From: Gammaproteobacteria bacterium
Lineage (GTDB): Bacteria > Pseudomonadota > Gammaproteobacteria > Steroidobacterales > Rariloculaceae
DNA length: 64,000 nt
Assembly: GCA_050485645.1 (NCBI GenBank)
Contig: JBJHBT010000013.1
Location: forward strand, 33,821 to 97,820
Direction: 5' to 3'
Positions 7,488-15,503 of the stretch are shown one piece after another. The notes under the pieces are model-generated. The model did no database searches, was not told the DNA's origin, and was given only the letters and a program-made list of their open reading frames with translations. The position numbers and the translations under genes are program-made. Each line of letters opens with the position of its first letter. Position 1 is the first letter of the stretch.

Positions 7488-9974
7488 TTACTCGTAACGA
7501 AGCGTCGTCATCGGATCGACACTCAACGCGCGCCTGGCTGGAATGGCACTGGCGAGGAAGGCCGCCCCGCTTACAGCGGCAGCGGCGCCTGCAAGCGCAT
7601 AGGGATCGAGCGCCCCTACGCCAAACAGGAGCCTCGAAAGCAAGCGCGCCACACCAAAGCAGGCCAGCGCGCCGACGATGGCGCCGACTGCGACGGGCCG
7701 CAGCGACTTCCGGAGCACCAGCCTGAGCACGTCGGACTTGTCGGCGCCAAGGGCAAGGCGAATGCCGATCTCCCGCATTCGGCGCACGAGGACAGTGGAC
7801 ATGACACCGAAGACGCCAACCGATGCCAACACGAGCGCCAGCGCGCCGAGGCCCAAGGACAACGAGGCTGCGAGGCCGGACAACCTCGTCCAGTGCTCGA
7901 AGTTCTGCGCCAGCGGCCGGACGGTAACCGGCAGTTGCGAATCGAGGCGCGCGAAAACGGCATTGATCCCGGCTCGGAGTGATTCGACCGGGAGCGCCGT
8001 GCGAACGACGAGTTGCATATGGGGCTGTGACGAAGGCGTTGCGGGCGAATACAAGTAGGCTGTATCGGTCTCACCTATGGCGACAACCTCGACGTCGCGG
8101 GTGATTCCGACGACCTCGAGGCTCGTCTCTCCGATACCCCCGCTGAACGCAATCAGCGTCCTGCCGATCGGCTCCTGATCCGGCCAGATTGAGCGCGCCG
8201 TGGATTCGGTCAGGATCACGGCCGAAGGCCGCTCGGCGGCGACCTCGGCCTCCGTGAACGCGCGCCCGCGTACGATCGAGATCCCCGTAACGGCAAAGTA
8301 GTTTGCGGACACACTATTGGTCTGCAACATTTTGAACTCGGCTTCCTCCGGAAGCCGATAGGGAAAATTCCAGACCTGCGGCTCGAGCGGGGTGATCAGA
8401 GCCTGGGCGACATCCTCAACGCCCGGCAGCGCGCGAATGCCGTCGATGGCCTGACGCTGAACCAGCATCGCTCGCTCACCGTCGTAACCGAAGCTCTGCA
8501 TGTCGGTTACCACAACCACGAGCGCTTCGTAATCAAAATCCGGGTCGACCGTTCTCGCCTCGTAGAGCCCGCGCAGCAACAGTGCCGTTGCGACGACCAG
8601 CACCATGCTGAGCGCCACCTGCGCGCCGACGAGCGCGCCCTGAAGGCGGCTGCTCGTGCGTTGTCCAGAGCCTGGAGAATTCTGCTCGATAGTCATACGC
8701 AGCGCCTGCCGCGTCGCCGTAAAAGCCGGTGTCAATCCGAATCCGACCCCTGCGAGGACCGACAGGGCCACGGCGAAGCCGAACACCCGCAGATCCGGTT
8801 CTGCTTCTATGCGGAGCAACGTTCCCATTTCAAGTGGCAGACCAGCCAGCGCAGCGGCGAGCAGTCCTTGAAAAGCCCAGACCGCGAGCACTGCTCCAAG
8901 CAACCCACCGATCACGGAAATCAGTACGCTCTCGGTAATGAACTGCCGTACGAGACGCGCGCGTGTCGCGCCGAGCGACAGCCGAATCGCAGTCTCACGT
9001 ATTCTCGTGTCGGCGCGCGCGAGCATCAGATTGGCCACGTTCGTGCAGGCCACGAGCAGTACGAGAGCGAAAGCCGTCATGACGATCGCGGATGTGCCGA
9101 GCACACTCGCTCTCATCGCGGGCGCCGAGAGTGGCGTCGCCCGGGTGACCGTCATGCGTGTGGCACGCCGCTCCGGCTGTTCGGCGTCGAACCGGCCGGC
9201 GATGACCTGAAGCTCGGCCTCGACCTGATTGCTCGAGACGCCCGCCACGCGGCGACCCACCAGATTCAGCCAGCCGGCCGCGTCATCGTCAAGGAAGGTC
9301 ACGTTCGGGCGCAGCAACCGCTGCGCCTGGAGCGGGACGAACAGCGAAGGCTTATCAATGTCGATACCGGTGAAGCCTTCGGGCGCGACTCCGACGACTT
9401 GAAATTCGTTGCCATTGACGGTGACAGTCCGCTCCAGGATCGACGTGTCGCTACCAAAGCGACTGACCCACAAATCGTGGGTGATCACGACGACTGCCGA
9501 ATCGCCCGCGTTTTCGCAATGTGCCGCCGTGAATCCGCCGCCGATCCGCGGCGGCAGCCGCAAGACATCGAAATAGTTGCACGAGACCGGCGTCGCAACA
9601 ATCTGTTGCGGGTCGTCGCCGCCGAGGTTCGCCAACCACATACGCGCATAGGCCAGGACACCGCTCAGCGTTTCTGATTGATCGCGGTAGGCCTCGTACT
9701 CGCCGTTCGAGAACTGTGCGTAGTTGTGCCCGGGCGGCACGCCGTCCTTATGGACGGCAACGAGCTCCTCGGGCTGAGTCGCTGGCAGGTCGCGGAACGC
9801 CACAGCATTCAGCACCGAGAAGATACCGGTGTTGACGCCGACGCCGAGACCGATTGTCAGTGTCGCGGCGATCGCGAAGCCCGGGCTGCGCGCCAGTGAG
9901 CGCCATGCGTAGCGCAGATCCTGTGCGACTTGAGAGCAGAGCACGCCCAATCCAGTCATCATGCGACTCCCCAC
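7488..9974 (-). CDS. Duplicated FtsX/MacB-like ABC permease, ADOP type, no adjacent ATPase
   Basis: 828 aa. N-terminus QDLRYAWRSLARSPGFAIAATLTIGLGVG is the ADOP-family opening. Two MacB-like periplasmic/FtsX modules. No ATP-binding gene on either side. Confidence 0.85.
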   Translation of the reverse strand: MGSRMMTGLGVLCSQVAQDLRYAWRSLARSPGFAIAATLTIGLGVGVNTGIFSVLNAVAFRDLPATQPEELVAVHKDGVPPGHNYAQFSNGEYEAYRDQSETLSGVLAYARMWLANLGGDDPQQIVATPVSCNYFDVLRLPPRIGGGFTAAHCENAGDSAVVVITHDLWVSRFGSDTSILERTVTVNGNEFQVVGVAPEGFTGIDIDKPSLFVPLQAQRLLRPNVTFLDDDAAGWLNLVGRRVAGVSSNQVEAELQVIAGRFDAEQPERRATRMTVTRATPLSAPAMRASVLGTSAIVMTAFALVLLVACTNVANLMLARADTRIRETAIRLSLGATRARLVRQFITESVLISVIGGLLGAVLAVWAFQGLLAAALAGLPLEMGTLLRIEAEPDLRVFGFAVALSVLAGVGFGLTPAFTATRQALRMTIEQNSPGSGQRTSSRLQGALVGAQVALSMVLVVATALLLRGLYEARTVDPDFDYEALVVVVTDMQSFGYDGERAMLVQRQAIDGIRALPGVEDVAQALITPLEPQVWNFPYRLPEEAEFKMLQTNSVSANYFAVTGISIVRGRAFTEAEVAAERPSAVILTESTARSIWPDQEPIGRTLIAFSGGIGETSLEVVGITRDVEVVAIGETDTAYLYSPATPSSQPHMQLVVRTALPVESLRAGINAVFARLDSQLPVTVRPLAQNFEHWTRLSGLAASLSLGLGALALVLASVGVFGVMSTVLVRRMREIGIRLALGADKSDVLRLVLRKSLRPVAVGAIVGALACFGVARLLSRLLFGVGALDPYALAGAAAAVSGAAFLASAIPARRALSVDPMTTLRYE

Positions 9975-10454
9975 GCATCGTCTATGCGCGCGTCAATCGT
10001 AGCCTGTGTCGGCTTGTGACAAGCAAGCGGCATGCCAGCTCCGGTTGCCGCGGATAATCCATTGATCTTGGGGGATGTGGTCGTCCACTCGAATGTTCGG
10101 GTCGCGTCGCGTCGTCCCACAATCGCGCTCCAGGATCCCGAACACGGAACAATGAGATCCTCTTGTGCCCGCTTCGACAGCGGTCGCGAACACCACGCGT
10201 AGCCGCCGGTTCTCACGGCGGAGTCACCTCAGGTCATCTCGCTCCGCGCTGCTCAGACCGCCGTCGCCAACACCGTCGTCTCGAGCCGCCTGCTTGACTC
10301 GAATGAATCACGCGCCCCGATGCGACGACAACCAAATTCCAGCATCGCTGCGTTCATTTCTGTTCCTCCGCGCCGACGCCGGGTTCCTGCTTCGCGGATT
10401 CCTGGCCCCGCGATCAGCTCCAATCGTCGCTGACGAGCCCTACTGTTTCAGCAC

Positions 10455-10489
10455 TCAACACTCAGATCAGCGGCGTCGCAAAACGCGTG
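10455..10489. repeat. Copy B of the dispersed direct repeat (partner 179-212)
   Basis: See copy A. The 20-nt core is identical and in the same orientation. Confidence 0.9.
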
Positions 10490-10542
10490 AAATCGCCGTG
10501 TATCTACAGCAGCGACATTCGGCACTGAGGGCGGCACGAAAG

Positions 10543-10854
10543 CTAAAGAGTCCTCAGCCCAACTTGGGTCGCCCCCGCACGCTGCAACGCATCCAAGGCT
10601 CCTGCAACACTGTCGAAAGAGACATTGGCATCCGTGGTCAGGACGACTGACTGGTCTGCCTGCCGAGCTAGAGCCTGAACCACACGTTCCGTCAGTTCAG
10701 AGATGCTTAAGTCGATGCGAGATTCGTTCTCGACCACATAGATGCCATCTTGATCAAGATTCACCACTATCGATTCGAGTTCCACCTCCTGAGCCCCAAC
10801 TTGAGCCGAAACGATCAGCGTCACCAAGACAAGACTGAGCGTCAAAGTACGCAT
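10543..10854 (-). CDS. Orphan ExbD/TolR-like periplasmic-domain protein
   Basis: AAGGAG SD before ATG 10854. One N-terminal hydrophobic helix, then IVVNLDQDGIYVVE...QSVVLTTDANVSFDSVAGALDALQRAGATQVGL, the ExbD/TolR periplasmic-domain pattern. No exbB/tolQ/tonB nearby. Confidence 0.65.
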   Translation of the reverse strand: MRTLTLSLVLVTLIVSAQVGAQEVELESIVVNLDQDGIYVVENESRIDLSISELTERVVQALARQADQSVVLTTDANVSFDSVAGALDALQRAGATQVGLRTL

Positions 10855-10914
10855 GCTTTTCTCCTTCTTTAAGGGTGGCAGTGAACAAATAGCTCCCGCG
10901 CGGTTTCCATTGTG

Positions 10915-10970
10915 CGCCGAACGCCGAACGCCGAACGCCGAACGCCGAACGCCGAACGCCGAACGCCGAA
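10915..10970. repeat. Perfect heptanucleotide microsatellite (CGCCGAA)x8
   Basis: 56 nt counted directly. It lies 61-116 nt upstream of the ExbD-like start codon, in the 291-nt intergenic region. Confidence 0.95.
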
Positions 10971-11145
10971 CTCAGCCGCGTGCCTTTCGTCTAGTCCGTC
11001 TGCACGCGGATGCTCGACGTCATGCGAAGCTTGAGCTATCCGGACCATGGCTGTAAAGTATTTGCTCTGGTCGAACTTCCCCACTTCAGGTTCCTCATCT
11101 TTTCTCGTTGGTCACGATGACTTCGCTCCTGCGTGTGGGCGGCGC

Positions 11146-12414
11146 TCAGTTCTCTGCGCGTCGTGCCTCGATCTCCTCCGCGAACATCGCTGAGAGCTCC
11201 TCAGCGAGGTCGAACATCGAGCGGCGCGCCGGGTTCTCGGAGGTATTCGCCATCACCGAGACGACGAGCCCCAACTCCGGGAAGACATTGAAGTAGGAGG
11301 TCGACCCGAGCGCTGTGCCGTTGTGGCTCAGGCGCGCTGTGGTGATCCGCCCCAGCGCCGTCGCCGCGCCATAGCGCCAGCCGAGGGCGTATCCCTGGGG
11401 CGCAGGGCTGCCGTCCGCAAGCGTCTGCGGACGCATCAGCAGGTCGCGCGTCACGATGTCGAACAGCGTCGGCTCGATCATTTGATGGCCGAGAACCGCC
11501 ATGTCCGATGGCGTCGACAGAATGCCGCCTGAAGGCAATTTGATGGTGTTGTCGACGCGGAAGGTCTCCCGGAAATAGCCGGGGCCGCCGGTGTCGTAGA
11601 AGCGTGCCTCGCCGGCCGCGGATCGGCCGGTGTCGGCGCGGCTTCGTTCCAGACCCAAGGGCGCGAAGACCTTCGCGTTGAGGACGTCGCTGAAGCGCTC
11701 GCCGGTCACGGCCTCGATCACGCCGCCGGCCACGTTGTAGCCGTTGCTCGAGTAGGTGAAGGACGTCCCCGGCTCGAAGAGCAGCGGATCGCGCTCGAAG
11801 GAGCGCAGCGTCGCGCGCTGGGTTTCGAAATGGCGGCGGTTGAAGTACTCGATCACGGGCAGGCAGAAGCAGGTGCCGTAGTCGCGCACGCCAGCCTGGT
11901 GACCCATTGTCTGCCGCATCGTGACGGCCGCGAGCGGCTCGCGCAGGTCGGGCATGTAGGTCGAAACCGGCGCGTCGAGATCGATCCGCCCTGCGGTGAT
12001 TAGCGTTCCGACGAGAATGGATGTAACGGGCTTCGAACTGGAACCTACGCGAAAGGCGGTCTCCAGCGTCGCCGGAACGAGACGCTCGACGTCGGCGTAG
12101 CCCGCGACGCCGGTCCAGACGATCACTCCGTCGACTGACACGGCGGCCGACAGTGCCGGTGCCTCGATCTCGGCGCGACCCGCTTCGAGCCAGCCGCGCG
12201 CCTGCTCGCCGGTCCCGGACCAGCCTTCCGCAGCGGCCGATGTGAGCGGATAAGGGCCCTGCGGCAGCGGCGCCCAGCCGGACAGTGGGAAGAGAACAGG
12301 CTCGTAGGCTTTGTAATAGAGCCAGCCCCCCAGCGCCGAGAGTGCGAGCAGCCCGCAGAGCCCGGCACCCAGGATCTTGAGCCAATGGCGTCGCAGCCTG
12401 GCAGAATCGGTCAT
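11146..12414 (-). CDS. Membrane-anchored serine hydrolase, beta-lactamase (class C / PBP4*-like) family
   Basis: SxxK motif (GSSSKPVTS) and YxN motif (YSSNGYN). N-terminal TM segment ILGAGLCGLLALSALGGWLYY. ATG 12414 is preferred over TTG 12441. Confidence 0.8.
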   Translation of the reverse strand: MTDSARLRRHWLKILGAGLCGLLALSALGGWLYYKAYEPVLFPLSGWAPLPQGPYPLTSAAAEGWSGTGEQARGWLEAGRAEIEAPALSAAVSVDGVIVWTGVAGYADVERLVPATLETAFRVGSSSKPVTSILVGTLITAGRIDLDAPVSTYMPDLREPLAAVTMRQTMGHQAGVRDYGTCFCLPVIEYFNRRHFETQRATLRSFERDPLLFEPGTSFTYSSNGYNVAGGVIEAVTGERFSDVLNAKVFAPLGLERSRADTGRSAAGEARFYDTGGPGYFRETFRVDNTIKLPSGGILSTPSDMAVLGHQMIEPTLFDIVTRDLLMRPQTLADGSPAPQGYALGWRYGAATALGRITTARLSHNGTALGSTSYFNVFPELGLVVSVMANTSENPARRSMFDLAEELSAMFAEEIEARRAEN

Positions 12415-12649
12415 GAGCTTCTCTCTGGTGATATTAGGCAAGCGCTCACCGTTGGCACATTCACTGAGCTATTCGCGACGACGATTCGACTTCAATACAA
12501 TACTCTCGGTAGAGTGAGGCGACGCGGAGTACTGAGGGGCTATCCCCCAGCGTACACGCATACGATACACCGCCTCTGCGGTAGCCTTACATGTTCGTCC
12601 GTCGTCGCGCAGAGGCATTGCCGGAAATGCTGGACGCGGAAGCTTTCGC

Positions 12650-12928
12650 TCAGAACGCAGTGACGGAGCAACGGCTATCCAAGAGCTGGTACGGATGCAC
12701 GGCCTCGAAGATTGCGTCGTAGATACCTCGTCCCCACAGCTCATCCGCGTAGTACCCGCGCCGGTTCCGCTTTATGCCTTCCACGATTGCCCGTCGTTGC
12801 CCGCCGAACCCCCAGCTCCAACAACTCCGGCACTCCCGGTACAATACCCCGGTCGAACGCGCGGCCTCCTCCGGCGTCAGCGCTCGGCCGCACCGGGCAG
12901 GGTCAGGGATGAGACCCGGGTGACTCAC
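12650..12928 (-). CDS. Hypothetical protein at the island/core junction
   Basis: 92-aa ORF with a GTG start and high third-position G+C (about 75% by hand count). No motif recognised; could be a gene fragment. Confidence 0.35.
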   Translation of the reverse strand: MSHPGLIPDPARCGRALTPEEAARSTGVLYRECRSCWSWGFGGQRRAIVEGIKRNRRGYYADELWGRGIYDAIFEAVHPYQLLDSRCSVTAF

Positions 12929-12966
12929 GCCTTACACGGAACACAGACACGACAAGGAATCGAATA

Positions 12967-14046
12967 ATGGCTCTCATGAGTTTACGACAGCTTCTTGATC
13001 ACGCCGCCGAGAACGGCTATGGCGTGCCGGCATTCAACGTCAACAACCTGGAGCAGGTGCGCGCCATCATGATGGGTGCCGATGAAGTGAACAGCCCCGT
13101 CATCCTGCAGGCGTCGGCCGGCGCCCGAAAGTACGCTGGCTCCAGCTTCCTGAAGTACCTGATCGAGGCGGCAATCGCCGAGTTCCCGCACATCCCCATC
13201 GTGATGCATCAGGATCACGGCGTGTCGCCGGCGGTGTGCCAGCGTTCCATTCAGTTGGGTTTCTCATCGGTGATGATGGATGGCTCGCTCGGCGAAGACG
13301 GCAAGACACCCATGGACTACGACTACAACGTTCGTGTCACCCGCCAGGTGGTGGACATGGCTCATGCCTGCGGCGTGTCGGTGGAGGGTGAGCTCGGCTG
13401 CCTGGGTTCGCTGGAGACAGGGATGGCCGGAGAGGAAGACGGCATCGGTGCCGAGGGCAAGCTCAGCCACGACCAGCTGCTCACCGACCCCGACGAGGCG
13501 GCGGATTTCGTTGCAGCCACACAGGTTGATGCACTGGCCATTGCGGTCGGCACCAGCCATGGCGCTTACAAGTTCAGTCGTCCGCCCACCGGCGACATTC
13601 TTGCGATCAGCCGCATCAAGGAAATCCACCGGCGCATACCCAATACCCATCTGGTGATGCACGGTTCATCCTCGGTACCGCAGGAATGGCTCGCGGTGAT
13701 CAACGAGTTCGGCGGTGAGATACCGGAAACCTACGGCGTGCCTGTGGAAGAGATCCAGGAGGGTATTCGCAACGGTGTGCGCAAGGTGAACATCGACACC
13801 GACCTGCGCCTGGCTTCCACCGGCGCGGTGCGTCGCTTCCTGGCCGAAAACAAGTCGGAGTTCGATCCGCGCAAGTTCCTCGGCCCCACGATCAAGGCGA
13901 TGAAAGACGTGGTGAAGGCGCGTCTGGAGGCTTTCGGCACCGCGGGACATGCCTCGAGTTTCAGGAAGATCTACAACCTCGAGGAAATGGCTGATCGCTA
14001 TGCGAAGGCGGCCAAGGAAGCCGGTAGCACGAAGAAGGCCGCCTGA
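12967..14046 (+). CDS. fba: Fructose-1,6-bisphosphate aldolase, class II (long, Calvin-cycle/CbbA-like subtype)
   Basis: [30 protein letters not shown]...PVILQAS...HQDHG...GTSHGAYKF. Length 359 aa. Confidence 0.93.
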   Translation: MALMSLRQLLDHAAENGYGVPAFNVNNLEQVRAIMMGADEVNSPVILQASAGARKYAGSSFLKYLIEAAIAEFPHIPIVMHQDHGVSPAVCQRSIQLGFSSVMMDGSLGEDGKTPMDYDYNVRVTRQVVDMAHACGVSVEGELGCLGSLETGMAGEEDGIGAEGKLSHDQLLTDPDEAADFVAATQVDALAIAVGTSHGAYKFSRPPTGDILAISRIKEIHRRIPNTHLVMHGSSSVPQEWLAVINEFGGEIPETYGVPVEEIQEGIRNGVRKVNIDTDLRLASTGAVRRFLAENKSEFDPRKFLGPTIKAMKDVVKARLEAFGTAGHASSFRKIYNLEEMADRYAKAAKEAGSTKKAA

Positions 14047-14060
14047 GTCCGGCGGCCGGG

Positions 14061-14084
14061 GCGCCCCGAGGCGCCTCGGGGCGC
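14061..14084. terminator. GC-rich hairpin after fba (10-bp stem, no U-tract)
   Basis: GCGCCCCGAG-gcgc-CTCGGGGCGC. Confidence 0.4.
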
Positions 14085-14120
14085 TGTTGCAGGATGTGTC
14101 TGTGTCAGTGCGAGTAAACG

Positions 14121-14156
14121 CCCCGCCCGCCGCGCCTTCGGCTGCGGCGGGCGGGG
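14121..14156. terminator. 13-bp-stem GC hairpin between convergent fba and the PQQ-dehydrogenase gene
   Basis: CCCCGCCCGCCGC-n10-GCGGCGGGCGGGG. On the minus strand it is followed by CGTTTAC. Confidence 0.45.
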
Positions 14157-14199
14157 AGGGCTTGTGCACGGCTTCCGACGCCGGAGCACCGCGTCATCG

Positions 14200-15369
14200 T
14201 CAGTCCTTCGGCTCCAGAATCAGCAGCGCGCCGTCCTGTTCGTCGGTAAGCACGTACAACAGACCGTCCGGTCCCTGATCGACATCGCGAATTCGCTGGC
14301 GCAGGTCATGAAAAATCGGCTCGCGGCGCAGTTCCTGCCATTCCTCGTTGAACACGATGCGCTGTATCTGGCCGGTGCCCGGCACCCCACCGAACCGCAG
14401 GCCGCCCACGAACAGGTTGTGGTGCCAGGCCGGGAACTGTTCACCGGTGTAGAACACCATGCCTGAGATCGCGATCGACGGCGTCCAGAACAGTTCGGGG
14501 TCTTCCACACCCTCCATCGTGCGGCGTTCGGACACCGGTGCGCCGCTGTAGTCGCGTCCGTAGGTCACCAGCGGCCAGCCGTAGTTGGCGCCGGGTTTCA
14601 GAATGTTCACCTCGTCGCCACCCTGCGGGCCGTTTTCGTTCTGCCAGATGGCGTTGGTGGTGGGGTGGACGGTGAGGCCGATCATGTTGCGATGGCCATA
14701 GGTGTAGATTTCCGGATGAAAGCCTTCGCGGTCGGCCAACGGGTTGCGCGGCACGCTGCCGTCATCGTTGAGGCGCAGCACCTTGCCGTAGTAGGAATCG
14801 CCCCGCTGCGCGATCTCGTCGTTGGCGCCGCCGACACCGAAATACAGGTACCCATCGGGGCCGAACTGAATGGGCAGGCCGGGAGGGGGGCCGCCGCCGG
14901 GTTCTTCGGCGGCGAAGATTTCTTCAAGGTCCGTGAGGCGCATGCCGTCGAGCCGTCCGCGCGACAGGCCCACCGCGCGGTTGCCCTGGGCGGCGGCCTT
15001 GGTGTAGCTCAGGTACACGAGGCGGTTCTGTTCAAACTGCGGGTGGACGGCAACGGACATCAGTCCGCCACCGGGGCCGCCGATGGCGGGCATACCGGTG
15101 ATCGGTTCGGGATCGAGGGTGCGCTCGCGCACGATTCGCAGCCGCTGGGCGCGATATTCGGTGATCAGGACATCGCCGTTGGGCAGGAAGGCCATGTTCC
15201 ATGGCAGTTCCAGTCCCTTGATCACGTTCACCCGGATTTCACCCTGCTCGGCGGTCTCGACGATGAACGGCGAGTCCGGCAGCGGTCTGGGCGGCAGGCC
15301 CCCCTGGGCGAACAGTGTGATGGGCAGCACGCTCAGTGCCGCGGCGGAGAACAGTTGTCGGATTGTCAT
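14200..15369 (-). CDS. PQQ-dependent sugar (glucose/sorbosone) dehydrogenase, soluble beta-propeller type
   Basis: Signal peptide. Motifs WNMAFLPNGD, YTYGHRNMIGL and GPQGGDEVNILKPGANYGWP. Confidence 0.88.
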   Translation of the reverse strand: MTIRQLFSAAALSVLPITLFAQGGLPPRPLPDSPFIVETAEQGEIRVNVIKGLELPWNMAFLPNGDVLITEYRAQRLRIVRERTLDPEPITGMPAIGGPGGGLMSVAVHPQFEQNRLVYLSYTKAAAQGNRAVGLSRGRLDGMRLTDLEEIFAAEEPGGGPPPGLPIQFGPDGYLYFGVGGANDEIAQRGDSYYGKVLRLNDDGSVPRNPLADREGFHPEIYTYGHRNMIGLTVHPTTNAIWQNENGPQGGDEVNILKPGANYGWPLVTYGRDYSGAPVSERRTMEGVEDPELFWTPSIAISGMVFYTGEQFPAWHHNLFVGGLRFGGVPGTGQIQRIVFNEEWQELRREPIFHDLRQRIRDVDQGPDGLLYVLTDEQDGALLILEPKD

Positions 15370-15503
15370 TATAGGTATTCCGTGATTCAGGCCGGATAGC
15401 GGACTTTACAGAAAAATCTCACTGCCGCCACGCGGCCGGGGTGCGGGACCGGCGGCGCGGTGGGCCGGTCGCGGTAGAATCAGCCCCCGTCCAGGAGCCG
15501 CCC

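Noticed and set aside
10853-11084. ORFs on both strands spanning the heptanucleotide array, e.g. one encoding the repeated FGVRRSA.
   Set aside because: The periodic peptide is simply the 7-bp repeat read in three frames. There is no SD and no other protein-like features, so I treat it as a non-coding repeat.
14200-15369. Two PQQ-dependent sugar dehydrogenase paralogues (14200-15369 and 45215-46477), considered as a recent duplication or mobile unit.
   Set aside because: The protein sequences share only family motifs, the flanks are unrelated and no repeats bound them. They are ordinary divergent paralogues.
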